IMG/VR virus record: IMGVR_UViG_3300027804_000061 | Origin: an uncultured virus (IMG/VR IMGVR_UViG_3300027804_000061) | Taxonomy: Duplodnaviria; Heunggongvirae; Uroviricota; Caudoviricetes | Strand: one strand, 5' to 3' | DNA length: 64,000 nt | Shown: positions 8,833 through 17,729 of the stretch, in pieces | How positions within the stretch are numbered: the first letter of the stretch is position 1 | Layout: each line of letters opens with the position of its first letter | Notes under the pieces: model-generated | Told to the model about the DNA's origin: nothing | Database searches by the model: none | What the model saw: the letters and a program-made list of their open reading frames with translations, nothing else | Translations under genes and position numbers: made by a program

Positions 8833-9421
8833 GCAGCTCCTTGTTATGCAACAGATCTTTTTTTCTGGATGTGGACAGTCTTGCTATTCCGGCAACGGTT
8901 GTATTTTTTCCCTCGTTACTGTCCAGATAGCGCAAATCCACAATTTCCATTCCGTCAAACAGCACGTCTTCCAGCGTTTCTTTGGTAAAACGCCAGTAAT
9001 CCTTTGGATATGCATGATAGGAAAACCCATAGGAAGGAGACGTAATAATCATGTACTGATTCAAATAATCGTAATCTCTGATTTCGTTGAATCGCGCAAT
9101 TTCCACGGATCTTCGCAGCGCATACTGCGCACTGGACACAATGTCTATGGGATATTTTGTGTGTTCCAGACACTCACAAATAACGATGGTGTCCGGATAA
9201 ATCAACCCGGATTCTGAAAGAGATTCATACGCAATGTTGTCTTCTTCCAGCACAACGTCTACGCCGGGCCCTTCCGCAATGTCTACGCCCAGCCAGCTGA
9301 AATGATGCAGTGCGTCTTTTGCGCTGCCGTTGACGTTCATGCTGCCAATTTCAAGCACGTTCCGATATCCGCCGATGATGGTTTTTGCATTGCGCAAATA
9401 TTCCAGTATTTCCGGTGTCAT
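8822..9421 (-). CDS. class I SAM-dependent methyltransferase
   Basis: VLEIGS..VNGS, GVDI..GPGVD, ECLEH, HAYPKDYWRFT. Confidence 0.85.
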   Translation of the reverse strand: MTPEILEYLRNAKTIIGGYRNVLEIGSMNVNGSAKDALHHFSWLGVDIAEGPGVDVVLEEDNIAYESLSESGLIYPDTIVICECLEHTKYPIDIVSSAQYALRRSVEIARFNEIRDYDYLNQYMIITSPSYGFSYHAYPKDYWRFTKETLEDVLFDGMEIVDLRYLDSNEGKNTTVAGIARLSTSRKKDLLHNKELRDY

Positions 9422-9439
9422 AAAGTAAAGGGGTACCGT

Positions 9440-9652
9440 TCACTTTTGCGGGTCCGGCAACACACGAAAAAGTTCCAGCATTTTTTGTCTTACTGTTTTG
9501 TCTACTTCTGCATCGCAAAAGTAGGAAATCCAAACCTCCTCTTTTGGTGTAAATCCAAAAGATATGTTTTTTACATTGTAATCAAAAGACGCTACGGCAA
9601 AACATGCAGCCATTCGAGCATTTGCTGCTTTAAACTTAATTTTCTTCATCAT
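9440..9652 (-). CDS. hypothetical protein
   Basis: Short ORF overlapping the end of the upstream gene. Confidence 0.45.
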   Translation of the reverse strand: MMKKIKFKAANARMAACFAVASFDYNVKNISFGFTPKEEVWISYFCDAEVDKTVRQKMLELFRVLPDPQK

Positions 9653-10070
9653 CCAGCTCTTGCAGCATCTTCCACTTTTCCTCAATTTTTTTCTGAATGT
9701 TTTCCAGCATCTGACCGCTGCTGTTTTGAAGCAGCTCCAATGCCTTTCTTCCTCGTGTGCCGTCTTCCACGACATCTATCATGACGCTTGTGGTCTTGGA
9801 CAACTGTTCGGCAAAATATTTGGTAATTTCCAGATGAGACCGCACGCTTTCGTCAAATGCACAAATTTCCTTGTAAGACCTTTCCTTCCAGGTCATGTCC
9901 ATTTTCTTTTTAAGCACAATTTTGGAAAGAAGCATGGTTCCTTCTTCCAGAAATTTGAGTAGTTCTAAAGAATTGTCCAATACAGACATGCATGCAGACA
10001 AAGAAATTTCAGAGGCGCTCCACTCTGAAATAATTTCTTTTTCGAGATCTTCTTCGGATTTCATCATCAT
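9636..10070 (-). CDS. hypothetical helical protein
   Basis: 144-aa ORF with an RBS. Confidence 0.65.
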   Translation of the reverse strand: MMMKSEEDLEKEIISEWSASEISLSACMSVLDNSLELLKFLEEGTMLLSKIVLKKKMDMTWKERSYKEICAFDESVRSHLEITKYFAEQLSKTTSVMIDVVEDGTRGRKALELLQNSSGQMLENIQKKIEEKWKMLQELDDEEN

Positions 10071-10091
10071 ATTGTCCCTTGTTTTGCCGTC

Positions 10092-10114
10092 AAAAAGGGC
10101 CCCTTGCGGGGCCC
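10092..10114 (-). terminator. rho-independent terminator downstream of SSB
   Basis: GGGCCCC-GCAA-GGGGCCC-TTTTT. Confidence 0.9.
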
Positions 10115-10121
10115 GATGTGT

Positions 10122-10451
10122 TTATTCTTCCTTGGGGGGCTGTCCGCTGAGAAACGACCATCGATCCACAATGACTTCCAGCGTGGCAGTCGGAACGCCT
10201 TCCTTGTTCATGTAGGCGTTCATGTTGCCATTCTTGTGGCTGACGCGCCCGGTGAACGAAATGCCGCGCCCCTTTTGCAGATACTGGTTGGCCACTTCGC
10301 CCGACTTTCCAAAAATGGTCAGCCGCATCCAGATCACTTCATCCTTGCCTTCCGGCGACCGCGCGCGAAAGTTGGTAATGGCGGTGCCCTTTTCGTTGTA
10401 CTTCATTTCGGGCTCACTGACGAGATATGCGTCTCCAGTTACAGTAATCAT
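10122..10451 (-). CDS. ssb: single-stranded DNA-binding protein (lacks acidic C-terminal tail)
   Basis: EPEMKY...G.AITNF, W..LTIFGK.GE.ANQYLQKG....TGR pattern of the SSB OB fold. Confidence 0.9.
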   Translation of the reverse strand: MITVTGDAYLVSEPEMKYNEKGTAITNFRARSPEGKDEVIWMRLTIFGKSGEVANQYLQKGRGISFTGRVSHKNGNMNAYMNKEGVPTATLEVIVDRWSFLSGQPPKEE

Positions 10452-10464
10452 AAATATAAATTCC

Positions 10465-11820
10465 TTATCGCATCCACTTGGGAATATAAAATTCCGTTCT
10501 GGTGTTTTGTGCAAAGTGATTCACGCTGTAATACATTTCAATATTGTATTTGTCCAGCATGTGTTTGATAAAGTGCATCATGCCTGCAGACGTGCACTCA
10601 TACGATCCCGTGGCTTGTCCGTCTGAAATCCAGATCAGGCGTCCTCTTTGCTGAGACAGCCATGTCAGCGCCGGACCATCCACAATGTTTCCATATCCGG
10701 TTTCATCTCTTACCTTGTTGATTACCTCCACGGTGGCAAATTTGCCGTCTTTTCCCAGCATATACAACGATCCCTTGGGACCGCTGCCGGAATAACCGGC
10801 AATTACGCTGGCCGGCTGCATTTCCAGAATCTGCGCTACGTTTTTGTCGTCCAGCTGCATGCTGCCGGAACAATCCACCAGCACCGCCAGCGGCGGAATG
10901 CTGCGATCCTTCAAGCCCCACACCTTCATGTCCGTCAAAGATCGATGCATATAGCGCAGAGAACCGACGTAGCGCGGCACATGTTTTTGTTTCCAGTTGC
11001 GCATCATGGAATTTTCCAGCACCGGCTCCACAATGCTCATCATGCCCCAGGACATGGATTCATCTTTTGCAAATTCCAGGTCGCCTGCCGCGTTTTCCTT
11101 GAAATCTTCCTGAGCTTCTTCCAGCTTTTGCGAGATTTCTATTTCACGCAGCAGACGTTCGCACAAACTGCGAAATTTTGCATAATCAAATTTTTTGCTG
11201 GAAATGCCAATGGTGTTGTTGCAATAGATCAAAAGATCGTCTGATGCGTCTCTCAGTTTTCTGCCTGCCGGTTTTTCAATCAGAATTTTGAGCAGCTTTT
11301 TGACGTATCGCGCCAGAAGGGACTGTTTGGGTCGAAATTCCGGATCGTTTTTTCCAACGTAGCCGGTAAATCCGAATTCATGCACGCCGCGCATCTGCAG
11401 CAGGCACAACGCCTGATCGTGCGTGGGAAGCGCATTAAACATTTTCATGAATTTTGCAGGCTTCATGCTGTATACCTGCAGCGGAAGATGCCGGCAATCC
11501 CGCGCAATAAACGCATTGACTGCCGTATCCAGACACACTTGAATCAGATAGTCTGACGCACCCATGGCGGCAAATTCCGGCAAAAAGCTCATGGGAATGA
11601 TGCCGCGTTCTGCAATGGCAATATGCCCATACTCGTGCGCCTTCAGCGCCTGAACGGTATTTTCCTTGATGTCCTTGTCGTTGACAGGAGGAAGATAGAC
11701 CGCGCCGACGGGTTGTGAAGCCGTCGGCATTTCGGTCATTGCGCCTGATCCATTGTGGGTTTTCATGACAAACGCGCCGGAATGCAGCGCATTTGCCATG
11801 GTCTTGCTTTTTGTATTCAT
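10465..11820 (-). CDS. vWA-domain protein with N-terminal HExxH motif (MoxR partner)
   Basis: HEYGH; MIDAS motif VDCSGSM...ISDG. Confidence 0.85.
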   Translation of the reverse strand: MNTKSKTMANALHSGAFVMKTHNGSGAMTEMPTASQPVGAVYLPPVNDKDIKENTVQALKAHEYGHIAIAERGIIPMSFLPEFAAMGASDYLIQVCLDTAVNAFIARDCRHLPLQVYSMKPAKFMKMFNALPTHDQALCLLQMRGVHEFGFTGYVGKNDPEFRPKQSLLARYVKKLLKILIEKPAGRKLRDASDDLLIYCNNTIGISSKKFDYAKFRSLCERLLREIEISQKLEEAQEDFKENAAGDLEFAKDESMSWGMMSIVEPVLENSMMRNWKQKHVPRYVGSLRYMHRSLTDMKVWGLKDRSIPPLAVLVDCSGSMQLDDKNVAQILEMQPASVIAGYSGSGPKGSLYMLGKDGKFATVEVINKVRDETGYGNIVDGPALTWLSQQRGRLIWISDGQATGSYECTSAGMMHFIKHMLDKYNIEMYYSVNHFAQNTRTEFYIPKWMR

Positions 11821-12551
11821 TACTTGTTGTTCAGTGCAAGCGCCAGATTGACTTCTCCAATAATTTCAGGAGAGGACACACCCCAGACTGCCTGAGCGGC
11901 AGCAGCCGATCCAATCTTCTTGCTCAGGCTGGAAAACGCAAACGCTTCACGGCTGGTCAGCGTCGGTTTCTTGTTGCCCTCGCCGTACGAACGACGCACC
12001 AGATCGCCCAGGCCAAAGATTTCCCTGTTCAGCCCGTCCACAATCATGGGATTGGGCGTAGTTACCTTCAGGCGTGCCTCAAAGCGGTCCTGCAGCGCTT
12101 CCGGAAGCTTGCTGAATGGGGAATTGCTGGTAGCCACAATGCGAAGATTTGGATGCCGCTGCACAGTCTCACCGTTCATCAGCGTGATCACGGCGGATTC
12201 CTTGCTGTCCAGAATGCTGAGCAGAAAATCCAACACCGCGTCCGATGCACGTCCCATCTCGTTCAACACGAGCACGCCGCCTGCGCGAAACGCCGTCATG
12301 ATTGGGCCGTCCCGCCACACCCACGCACCGGATTCCGTCGGCACATACGTTCCCTGATATTCCTGCACGGAACTATCCGGATTGAACGTAATCTGATACA
12401 CGGAAATTTCTGCTCCGTCGCGGCTGGTCAGACCGGCATACGTCTTGCCCAGTCCGGGCGGCCCTTCGATAAACGTCGTAAATGCATTCTTTACGCACAT
12501 TTCAACCAGCGTCCACTGCTCGCTAGGCCCACTCCAGTTAACAGTTGTCAT
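11820..12551 (-). CDS. MoxR/CbbQ-family AAA+ ATPase
   Basis: GPPGLGKT, WRDGPI, VLNEMGRA, VATSN, ALQDRF. Confidence 0.92.
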   Translation of the reverse strand: MTTVNWSGPSEQWTLVEMCVKNAFTTFIEGPPGLGKTYAGLTSRDGAEISVYQITFNPDSSVQEYQGTYVPTESGAWVWRDGPIMTAFRAGGVLVLNEMGRASDAVLDFLLSILDSKESAVITLMNGETVQRHPNLRIVATSNSPFSKLPEALQDRFEARLKVTTPNPMIVDGLNREIFGLGDLVRRSYGEGNKKPTLTSREAFAFSSLSKKIGSAAAAQAVWGVSSPEIIGEVNLALALNNK

Positions 12552-12640
12552 CGTAAATTCTCCTTGTAGTTGGGAGGTGTAAACGTCCTCCCTCTGATCA
12601 TTCGGCCGTCAGGCCAAAAACACTAAAAATTTCCACGGTT

Positions 12641-13228
12641 TTACAAAGTTTCTGCAATGATTACAAAAACTTTTTCACGTTTAAACAAACCAAACACTTT
12701 TGCAAGTTCGATTCTTTCCAAATCGGAAAGATCTTGAAAGTTTCTGGGAATGGCAATGTCTATGCCTTCTCGATATACGTTTCGAAAACGATCTTCACAC
12801 GTGAGTTCATATGGAAGACGCAGCGCAACAGCACGAAGTTTTGCACGACCGGTCAGCTGCACGCGCGTGCCAAATTTCAGTCGAACAGGACATGCAGCAG
12901 CTCCGACATATGGAAGTTTTCCAGACGCCATTGTTCCGCTTCCTGAAATTCCGTCTCCTGAATCCGGCGTATATGCCGTAATCAGCATGTTTGAGCTATA
13001 AAAAGAGAGAGTTTTCTCGTCGTAAAGCGTCAACAACGGAAGAAAAACTGCCGCTTCTGAACTCGATAAAACATTTTTTCCAGGAAAGAAAAAGAGTGTT
13101 GTGAGAAGCAAGCAGATCGTCAGGATTTTCAAGAATGCGAAACGGAAGCGCATCCATAGACTGAGAAATCTGGCTGATTTGTCTGCGGCAGATTGGCGCG
13201 CAGGGGGAGTAAAGAGATTTGATTTCAT
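12641..13228 (-). CDS. membrane-anchored 3D-domain cell-wall protein (MltA-like)
   Basis: Hydrophobic N-terminal segment; ITAY...TMASG...AACP...FGTRV...CEDR...IDIA. Start uncertain. Confidence 0.75.
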   Translation of the reverse strand: MKSNLFTPPARQSAADKSARFLSLWMRFRFAFLKILTICLLLTTLFFFPGKNVLSSSEAAVFLPLLTLYDEKTLSFYSSNMLITAYTPDSGDGISGSGTMASGKLPYVGAAACPVRLKFGTRVQLTGRAKLRAVALRLPYELTCEDRFRNVYREGIDIAIPRNFQDLSDLERIELAKVFGLFKREKVFVIIAETL

Positions 13229-13362
13229 ACTCTCGAGTAGATCGAGAGTACACAAACAGCAGAACAGTAAGTCCGTTTTGTTCTGCGGTTGACCATTGAA
13301 CCAAATGCTCCTGCATGAACTGTTATTGTAAAAGAATGTTTGTTTTGAAAACAAAATCACTC

Positions 13363-13390
13363 TTGCAAAATTTTTAGTTCTTTATACAAT
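13363..13390 (+). promoter_or_regulatory. sigma70-like promoter
   Basis: TTGCAA-16 bp-TACAAT in AT-rich intergenic DNA. Confidence 0.5.
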
Positions 13391-13438
13391 AAGCATTGTC
13401 GGTTTTGATTGTGTGGCCCTCCTCCCAGACGTCAGTCG

Positions 13439-13477
13439 AAAACCCCGTACACGGCATGTGCGGGGTTTTCATTTTTT
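13439..13477. terminator. terminator hairpin, possibly bidirectional
   Basis: AAAACCCCG...CGGGGTTTT followed by a T run; lies at the end of the minus-strand ORF stopping at 13476. Confidence 0.7.
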
Positions 13478-13865
13478 ATCGATATACACCCATCTTCAAA
13501 TTTGGAAAGCCGGGATGTGTAATCCAGCCGTCTTCAGAAATTTGAATGGATGGGTTTTCCAGATTTGCCGATGCCGGATTGAAATACGCATGAATGTAAA
13601 TCCATGCATGATCAATTTTGGCGTAAATTACAAACACGCATTTGTCCGCACCGGAAGCCATCTGTGCAGCAAGTTCTGTTTTGTTGATGCGCTTTTTGGG
13701 CTTTGCCTTGATTTGCTCCGCATACATGCTTTTGCGGAGATGGTCTAGAAACTCCCGTCTTGGAATTCGTTTGTCTCCCAGCCATCCCTGGTCATACAGT
13801 TTGGATGCAAGATCAAACAAATCCTTGATGACGTCCGTGGGGGCAAGGCTATCTCCCCACGGCAT
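13476..13865 (-). CDS. hypothetical protein
   Basis: 129-aa ORF with GGAGG RBS. Confidence 0.65.
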   Translation of the reverse strand: MPWGDSLAPTDVIKDLFDLASKLYDQGWLGDKRIPRREFLDHLRKSMYAEQIKAKPKKRINKTELAAQMASGADKCVFVIYAKIDHAWIYIHAYFNPASANLENPSIQISEDGWITHPGFPNLKMGVYR

Positions 13866-14277
13866 GAATTTCCTCCGCGTTCATGTGCTTTACAAGCTCT
13901 TGCGTTATGGTGTCTACCAGAATGACGCGAATGGGCTTTCCCAGCGACACCATGGTTTTGATCATGTGTGTTGTTCCGGGGCTGTTGCCGTCATAAAACA
14001 CCACTGCTACGTCAGCATACGCCGCCATGCGTTCATTGCGCTTCATGCCGGCGCTTTTGCCTTCTTCATCCCATTTGGCCGGCATCAGGGAAATGCGATG
14101 CCCTTTGTTGATGGCATATGCACGGCCCAGCGTATCCGGCCCCTGCGCAGCTCCACTGATGATTTCAATCTGATGCGTCTGTGCTTTTGCAGACAAAAGC
14201 TTGTCCAATGATTGTTCAAGCTTTTCGTAATTGCAGAACCTTCTGCTTCCTGCGACGATTACTCGAAAAATATCCAT
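13849..14277 (-). CDS. SLOG-superfamily protein (DUF2493/YspA-like)
   Basis: VIVAGSR, IISGAAQGPD, PAKW...GKSAG..RN..MA, FYDG.SPGT.HM. Confidence 0.88.
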   Translation of the reverse strand: MDIFRVIVAGSRRFCNYEKLEQSLDKLLSAKAQTHQIEIISGAAQGPDTLGRAYAINKGHRISLMPAKWDEEGKSAGMKRNERMAAYADVAVVFYDGNSPGTTHMIKTMVSLGKPIRVILVDTITQELVKHMNAEEIHAVGR

Positions 14278-14279
14278 AG

Positions 14280-14489
14280 TTACATTTTTTCTACAGACAC
14301 ATGGCCTGGACCAAGTAAATATGTGATGCCGTGACGATCTTTGACATACACATATTCTTTGATGGGACTGTTGACGTCGTGAATGACAAACGGCTGCTGG
14401 TCAGCGTTGATGCCGGATTGCTTCAGGCATGTGACGTCTGACACAACAAACCGATCGCCTGTTTTGAGAGTGGAAAGAATGTTAGTCAT
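14280..14489 (-). CDS. hypothetical protein
   Basis: Short ORF within the operon. Confidence 0.5.
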   Translation of the reverse strand: MTNILSTLKTGDRFVVSDVTCLKQSGINADQQPFVIHDVNSPIKEYVYVKDRHGITYLLGPGHVSVEKM

Positions 14490-14751
14490 TGCAGTTATGC
14501 GTCCAGCTGTTTTCGTTGGCGGCAATAAGATACCATCCGTTCAGATTTACGCAAATGCGATTCAGCTGCGCGTGGCTTTTGTTGTCAAAACGCTCCGGAA
14601 TGCGGCACTGAAACAGCTCTGTGCGAATGCCGCCAGCAAATGAACACTCTCGTCCATACATCTGACTGCGCGTGAGCACAGACGACAGAATGGCTGCACA
14701 AAGACAGAGACAAAACAAAATAAACACGTGGATTTTGTTGATTTGATTCAT
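14482..14751 (-). CDS. small membrane or secreted protein
   Basis: N-terminal hydrophobic helix; 89 aa. Confidence 0.5.
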   Translation of the reverse strand: MNQINKIHVFILFCLCLCAAILSSVLTRSQMYGRECSFAGGIRTELFQCRIPERFDNKSHAQLNRICVNLNGWYLIAANENSWTHNCND

Positions 14752-14796
14752 AAAGAATCCGGATTTTGATATGCAGATCCGGAAAACTGCAACACA

Positions 14797-15249
14797 CTAG
14801 AACGGCATTTCGGCATCAGACTGCACAGGCGTCTTGACGTCAGCGTTCTGAACAGATTCCTGTTCCTGCCACGGAGCAAGCTCAAACACCATAGGCTGCG
14901 CATTAGGCGCATTGCGATCCACAACAGTCCACTTGCGATCGCCTTCTTTCCGCGCCATAAACGGATTCAGCCACATTGAACCACTCTTATCGGTGTTGAT
15001 GCTGCCGTATACAAGCGCCTTAACCTTGTGGCCGGTGATTTCGCCCTGTGCGCTCACAATTGGCTGCCACGCAAACCGATCAAGCGTTCCCATGGGAAGG
15101 CTCATGGCTGCCGTCAGCTTGGGCTTGAAGCTGACCTTGCCGGACTCGTCGGTCAACGCATCCCACGAACGCACGCGGTACACTTCGCGCTTGCCGTCCT
15201 TGGTGGTAATGTCGTTTTTGTACAGGGTAACGGAAAATTTGTTGCTCAT
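14797..15249 (-). CDS. putative ssDNA-binding protein with SSB-type C-terminal tail
   Basis: Beta-rich 150-aa protein ending DAEMPF. Confidence 0.55.
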   Translation of the reverse strand: MSNKFSVTLYKNDITTKDGKREVYRVRSWDALTDESGKVSFKPKLTAAMSLPMGTLDRFAWQPIVSAQGEITGHKVKALVYGSINTDKSGSMWLNPFMARKEGDRKWTVVDRNAPNAQPMVFELAPWQEQESVQNADVKTPVQSDAEMPF

Positions 15250-15329
15250 GATATTTGTAATTTACTGAATGCAAAAATTAAGCCGGATTGCTTTGTATGC
15301 AACCCGGCCTCTCATACGCGCGTCAGCGT

Positions 15330-15500
15330 TTATTCCCAGCGAAGATCTTCCGGGTCGTGCGAACCCCAGAACAAAAGCTGGTTGCGATTGCCGTCGATCT
15401 TGCGAATGATCTGGCGAGAAAGCTCTTCCATGTCGGACCAGTCATCCAGACTGTCCTCGATCACGATGCGTCGCGGCTTGTCATCTTCTTCGTAGTTCAT
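15330..15500 (-). CDS. hypothetical protein (56 aa)
   Basis: ATG with GGAG RBS; translates MNYEEDDKPRR...; below the ORF-track size cutoff. Confidence 0.6.
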   Translation of the reverse strand: MNYEEDDKPRRIVIEDSLDDWSDMEELSRQIIRKIDGNRNQLLFWGSHDPEDLRWE

Positions 15501-15509
15501 AAGTTTCTC

Positions 15510-15743
15510 CTAAAGGTTGTTGTCGCTTCGCTTCCACCCAAACAACTCACGGGTGTAGGTCACATGGTCAAAGTTGGCCAGATTGCTGACGTCGATCTGA
15601 GACGCATGCTCGTCTTCTTTGTAGAAGGAAAGCAAGCGTTTGTAATCGTCAAACAATCCGGCAAACGACACAATCATTGGTGCCTTGTCTGATTTTCGAT
15701 ACACGCGCAATTCGATGGCGTGCACATCATTTTTGCTGGTCAT
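15510..15743 (-). CDS. hypothetical protein
   Basis: 77-aa ORF. Confidence 0.6.
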   Translation of the reverse strand: MTSKNDVHAIELRVYRKSDKAPMIVSFAGLFDDYKRLLSFYKEDEHASQIDVSNLANFDHVTYTRELFGWKRSDNNL

Positions 15744-15763
15744 AAATAAAAAACGGGCCCTTT

Positions 15764-15985
15764 TCAGGACCCGTTGATCTGACTGTCAAAATGCTGTATC
15801 AGCAACGTCAGCTCGTAGTGATCTGCGTTGCTGACCTCCATGAGCGCCTGCGTTTTGGCTTTTTCATAGCGCTCTTTGCAAAGCGGCAGCCAAAACAAAA
15901 ACATTATGCCGTCTTCCTGAATCAATCGTTTTGCGGCTTTGTATTCCGAAAAGTAATTGATCAACGCCTTCACACTGTCGTTCAT
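15764..15985 (-). CDS. hypothetical protein
   Basis: ATG with AGGAG RBS; its end overlaps a terminator-like hairpin. Confidence 0.6.
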   Translation of the reverse strand: MNDSVKALINYFSEYKAAKRLIQEDGIMFLFWLPLCKERYEKAKTQALMEVSNADHYELTLLIQHFDSQINGS

Positions 15986-16168
15986 ACGTTTTTTTCTCCT
16001 GAATTTATGAAATTCTTCTATGCGGGCGTCAGCCCTGTATGAAAACGAATGCGCCATGGGGCAGAAGATCAGACGTTGTCGTCTTCAAATCTACCTTGCG
16101 GCGCTACTGTTGTCATCTGCGAGGAAAGCAGTCTTTTGTTTCCAAAAGCCAACGCTGCTTTCATTACC

Positions 16169-16233
16169 GGTCTCGTCAGTGTGCGCATAACGCACAGGCC
16201 ATCGGGGACATTGCTGCCCCCTAGGTTTCGACC
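16169..16233 (-). ncRNA. type II hammerhead ribozyme 1 (GCC triplet variant)
   Basis: GGTC-GAAA-stem III-GCC-stem I-CTGACGA-GACC. Confidence 0.8.
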
Positions 16234-16238
16234 TTTTG

Positions 16239-16532
16239 CTAAAACGGAATGTCTTCAGACTTTACGTCTTTTGTGCGTTTTTCCCACCACGCAGCTTTGA
16301 CTTCTTTGTATTGATTTGCGAGCCACTGTGCAGTTTCACAGTGATTGGATTCTCCGGCAAGCATTTCTGCCTGCGCGGATTCTATGACCAGATCATCGAT
16401 GCTGCCATCGAGATCTTCGAGGAAATACTCGTGCTCCATGCTGAGCAGGACTTCCTGGCCGGTGACGAGACTGTGCTTGATCAGCACGATCTCTTCCATG
16501 ATGACGTCTGCAAGTATGTGAAACTTATACAT
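16239..16532 (-). CDS. acidic protein ending in DIPF
   Basis: Acidic ORF with C-terminus KSEDIPF. Confidence 0.6.
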   Translation of the reverse strand: MYKFHILADVIMEEIVLIKHSLVTGQEVLLSMEHEYFLEDLDGSIDDLVIESAQAEMLAGESNHCETAQWLANQYKEVKAAWWEKRTKDVKSEDIPF

Positions 16533-16731
16533 AATTTTTAAGTCCGGTTTTTGGGAAGATGCCGGCAAACTTAGAGTTTTAGGATGACTCATAAACCGCA
16601 AAACGGGTTAAAACGAAAAAAGCGCAACCTTGTCAGGGAATCAAACCCTGATAAATCATCAGACAAGGCAATCTCTTTTCTACCGTAAGCAATCAAAACA
16701 AGGATTTCTCCTCATACGGCCGTCAGGCCGC

Positions 16732-16796
16732 GGTCTCATCAGTGCACGCATTACGTGCAGGCCATTGGGAGTATTGCTACTCCCTAGGTTTCGACC
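16732..16796 (-). ncRNA. type II hammerhead ribozyme 2 (GCC triplet variant)
   Basis: GGTCGAAACCTAGGGAGTAGCAATACTCCCAATGGCC-TGCACGTAATGCGTGCA-CTGATGA-GACC. Confidence 0.82.
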
Positions 16797-17035
16797 TACC
16801 AAACTGCAACCGGCGTGGTTGCAAAACTCATCCCGTTGTACAGCAGTTTCTCAGCGTGCTCTACACCGCTTGCGCTGCTGATGTAGTAAGACGTTACTGC
16901 GCCGTCCCACGAGTCGTTGGTGACGACCTCAATCATGCCCAATTCTTTGGCCTGCTGATCGCTCAGCAAGCCAACATCAGCCATCACGGTTTTGCCTGCG
17001 GCGATCTGGTTCTTCATCATTTCGAACATGCGCAC
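16796..17035 (-). CDS. hypothetical protein
   Basis: About 78-aa ORF; its stop codon overlaps hammerhead 2. Confidence 0.65.
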   Translation of the reverse strand: MRMFEMMKNQIAAGKTVMADVGLLSDQQAKELGMIEVVTNDSWDGAVTSYYISSASGVEHAEKLLYNGMSFATTPVAVW

Positions 17036-17104
17036 CTCTTAAAACGGAATCGGGAGATATGAAAAACGCACTACTAGTAGTAATGCGTTTTTCTCATACA
17101 GCCG

Positions 17105-17452
17105 TCAGGCTCCCATGACTTCCCAAACTGAGAATTCAAAGGTTGCCTGCGCGATCTCAGCATCGCTGTACTCAGCGACGCCTTCGCGCCGAGGGAGCCC
17201 TCGAACGCTCATCACCACGAGCTTGTCGCCTGCGCCGAGCTTCACAAACGGCGCCTTCGCGGGCACTTCGACCATCAGGCCAAAGCGCTTGCGCATGGCA
17301 TCGATTGTCGACACGTGGCTGGGATTCAACGCCGGAATGACGCCGGTTGCCACAAGCTCTCGAACCGTCTCGACAGTCACTACCTTTCGGGTGACAGTCA
17401 CATCTCCGAGAAACATGCCGTCTGCCACGGCAAATCCAAAGTAAACGCTCAC
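17105..17452 (-). CDS. AcrIII-1/DUF1874-like protein (putative cyclic-oligoadenylate ring nuclease)
   Basis: 115 aa from a GTG with AGGAGG RBS; pattern VY.....M...SHVST...FG..V...VKL..GDKLVV...R.EG......EI...F resembles the STIV B116/SIRV1 gp29/YddF family. Confidence 0.6.
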   Translation of the reverse strand: MSVYFGFAVADGMFLGDVTVTRKVVTVETVRELVATGVIPALNPSHVSTIDAMRKRFGLMVEVPAKAPFVKLGAGDKLVVMSVRGLPRREGVAEYSDAEIAQATFEFSVWEVMGA

Positions 17453-17480
17453 TTTTCCTCCTTGAACTACAAGACTATCT

Positions 17481-17545
17481 GGTCTCATCAGTGTGCGCCT
17501 AACGCACAGGCCATCGGGAGTGCTGTCACTCCCTAGGTTTCGACC
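17481..17545 (-). ncRNA. type II hammerhead ribozyme 3 (GCC triplet variant)
   Basis: Same core as copies 1 and 2, with compensatory stem changes. Confidence 0.82.
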
Positions 17546-17704
17546 TTACTTTGCCATTGCATCGATCTTGCGACCGATGATGGCGCGGAATCCCTCACTG
17601 TCGCGAAGAACTCCGCTGGCGACGGCGCGGCTGAAGTCGCTCAGCACCTTGCTAAGCTCCTCAACCGTGACTGCGTTTTCTACTCGCTTAATATATTCGC
17701 TCAC
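17546..17704 (-). CDS. hypothetical protein (52 aa)
   Basis: GTG start with AGGAG RBS; lies between hammerheads 4 and 3. Confidence 0.6.
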   Translation of the reverse strand: MSEYIKRVENAVTVEELSKVLSDFSRAVASGVLRDSEGFRAIIGRKIDAMAK

Positions 17705-17729
17705 TTGTCTCCTGTTTTGCAATCAAAAC

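Noticed and set aside
8428..9421. DUF5664 + methyltransferase + MazG as a modified-base (e.g. Z-base) pathway
   Set aside because: No PurZ, queuosine-pathway or DNA polymerase gene in this window supports it.
11820..12551. Walker B reading NE instead of DE as an inactive ATPase
   Set aside because: The catalytic Glu and other motifs are intact; a single substitution is insufficient evidence.
13421..13438. GAC-TGAC-GTC hairpin as another copy of the TGAC motif
   Set aside because: It lacks the downstream ATGAG/ATAGA and has only a 3-bp stem, so it was not counted.
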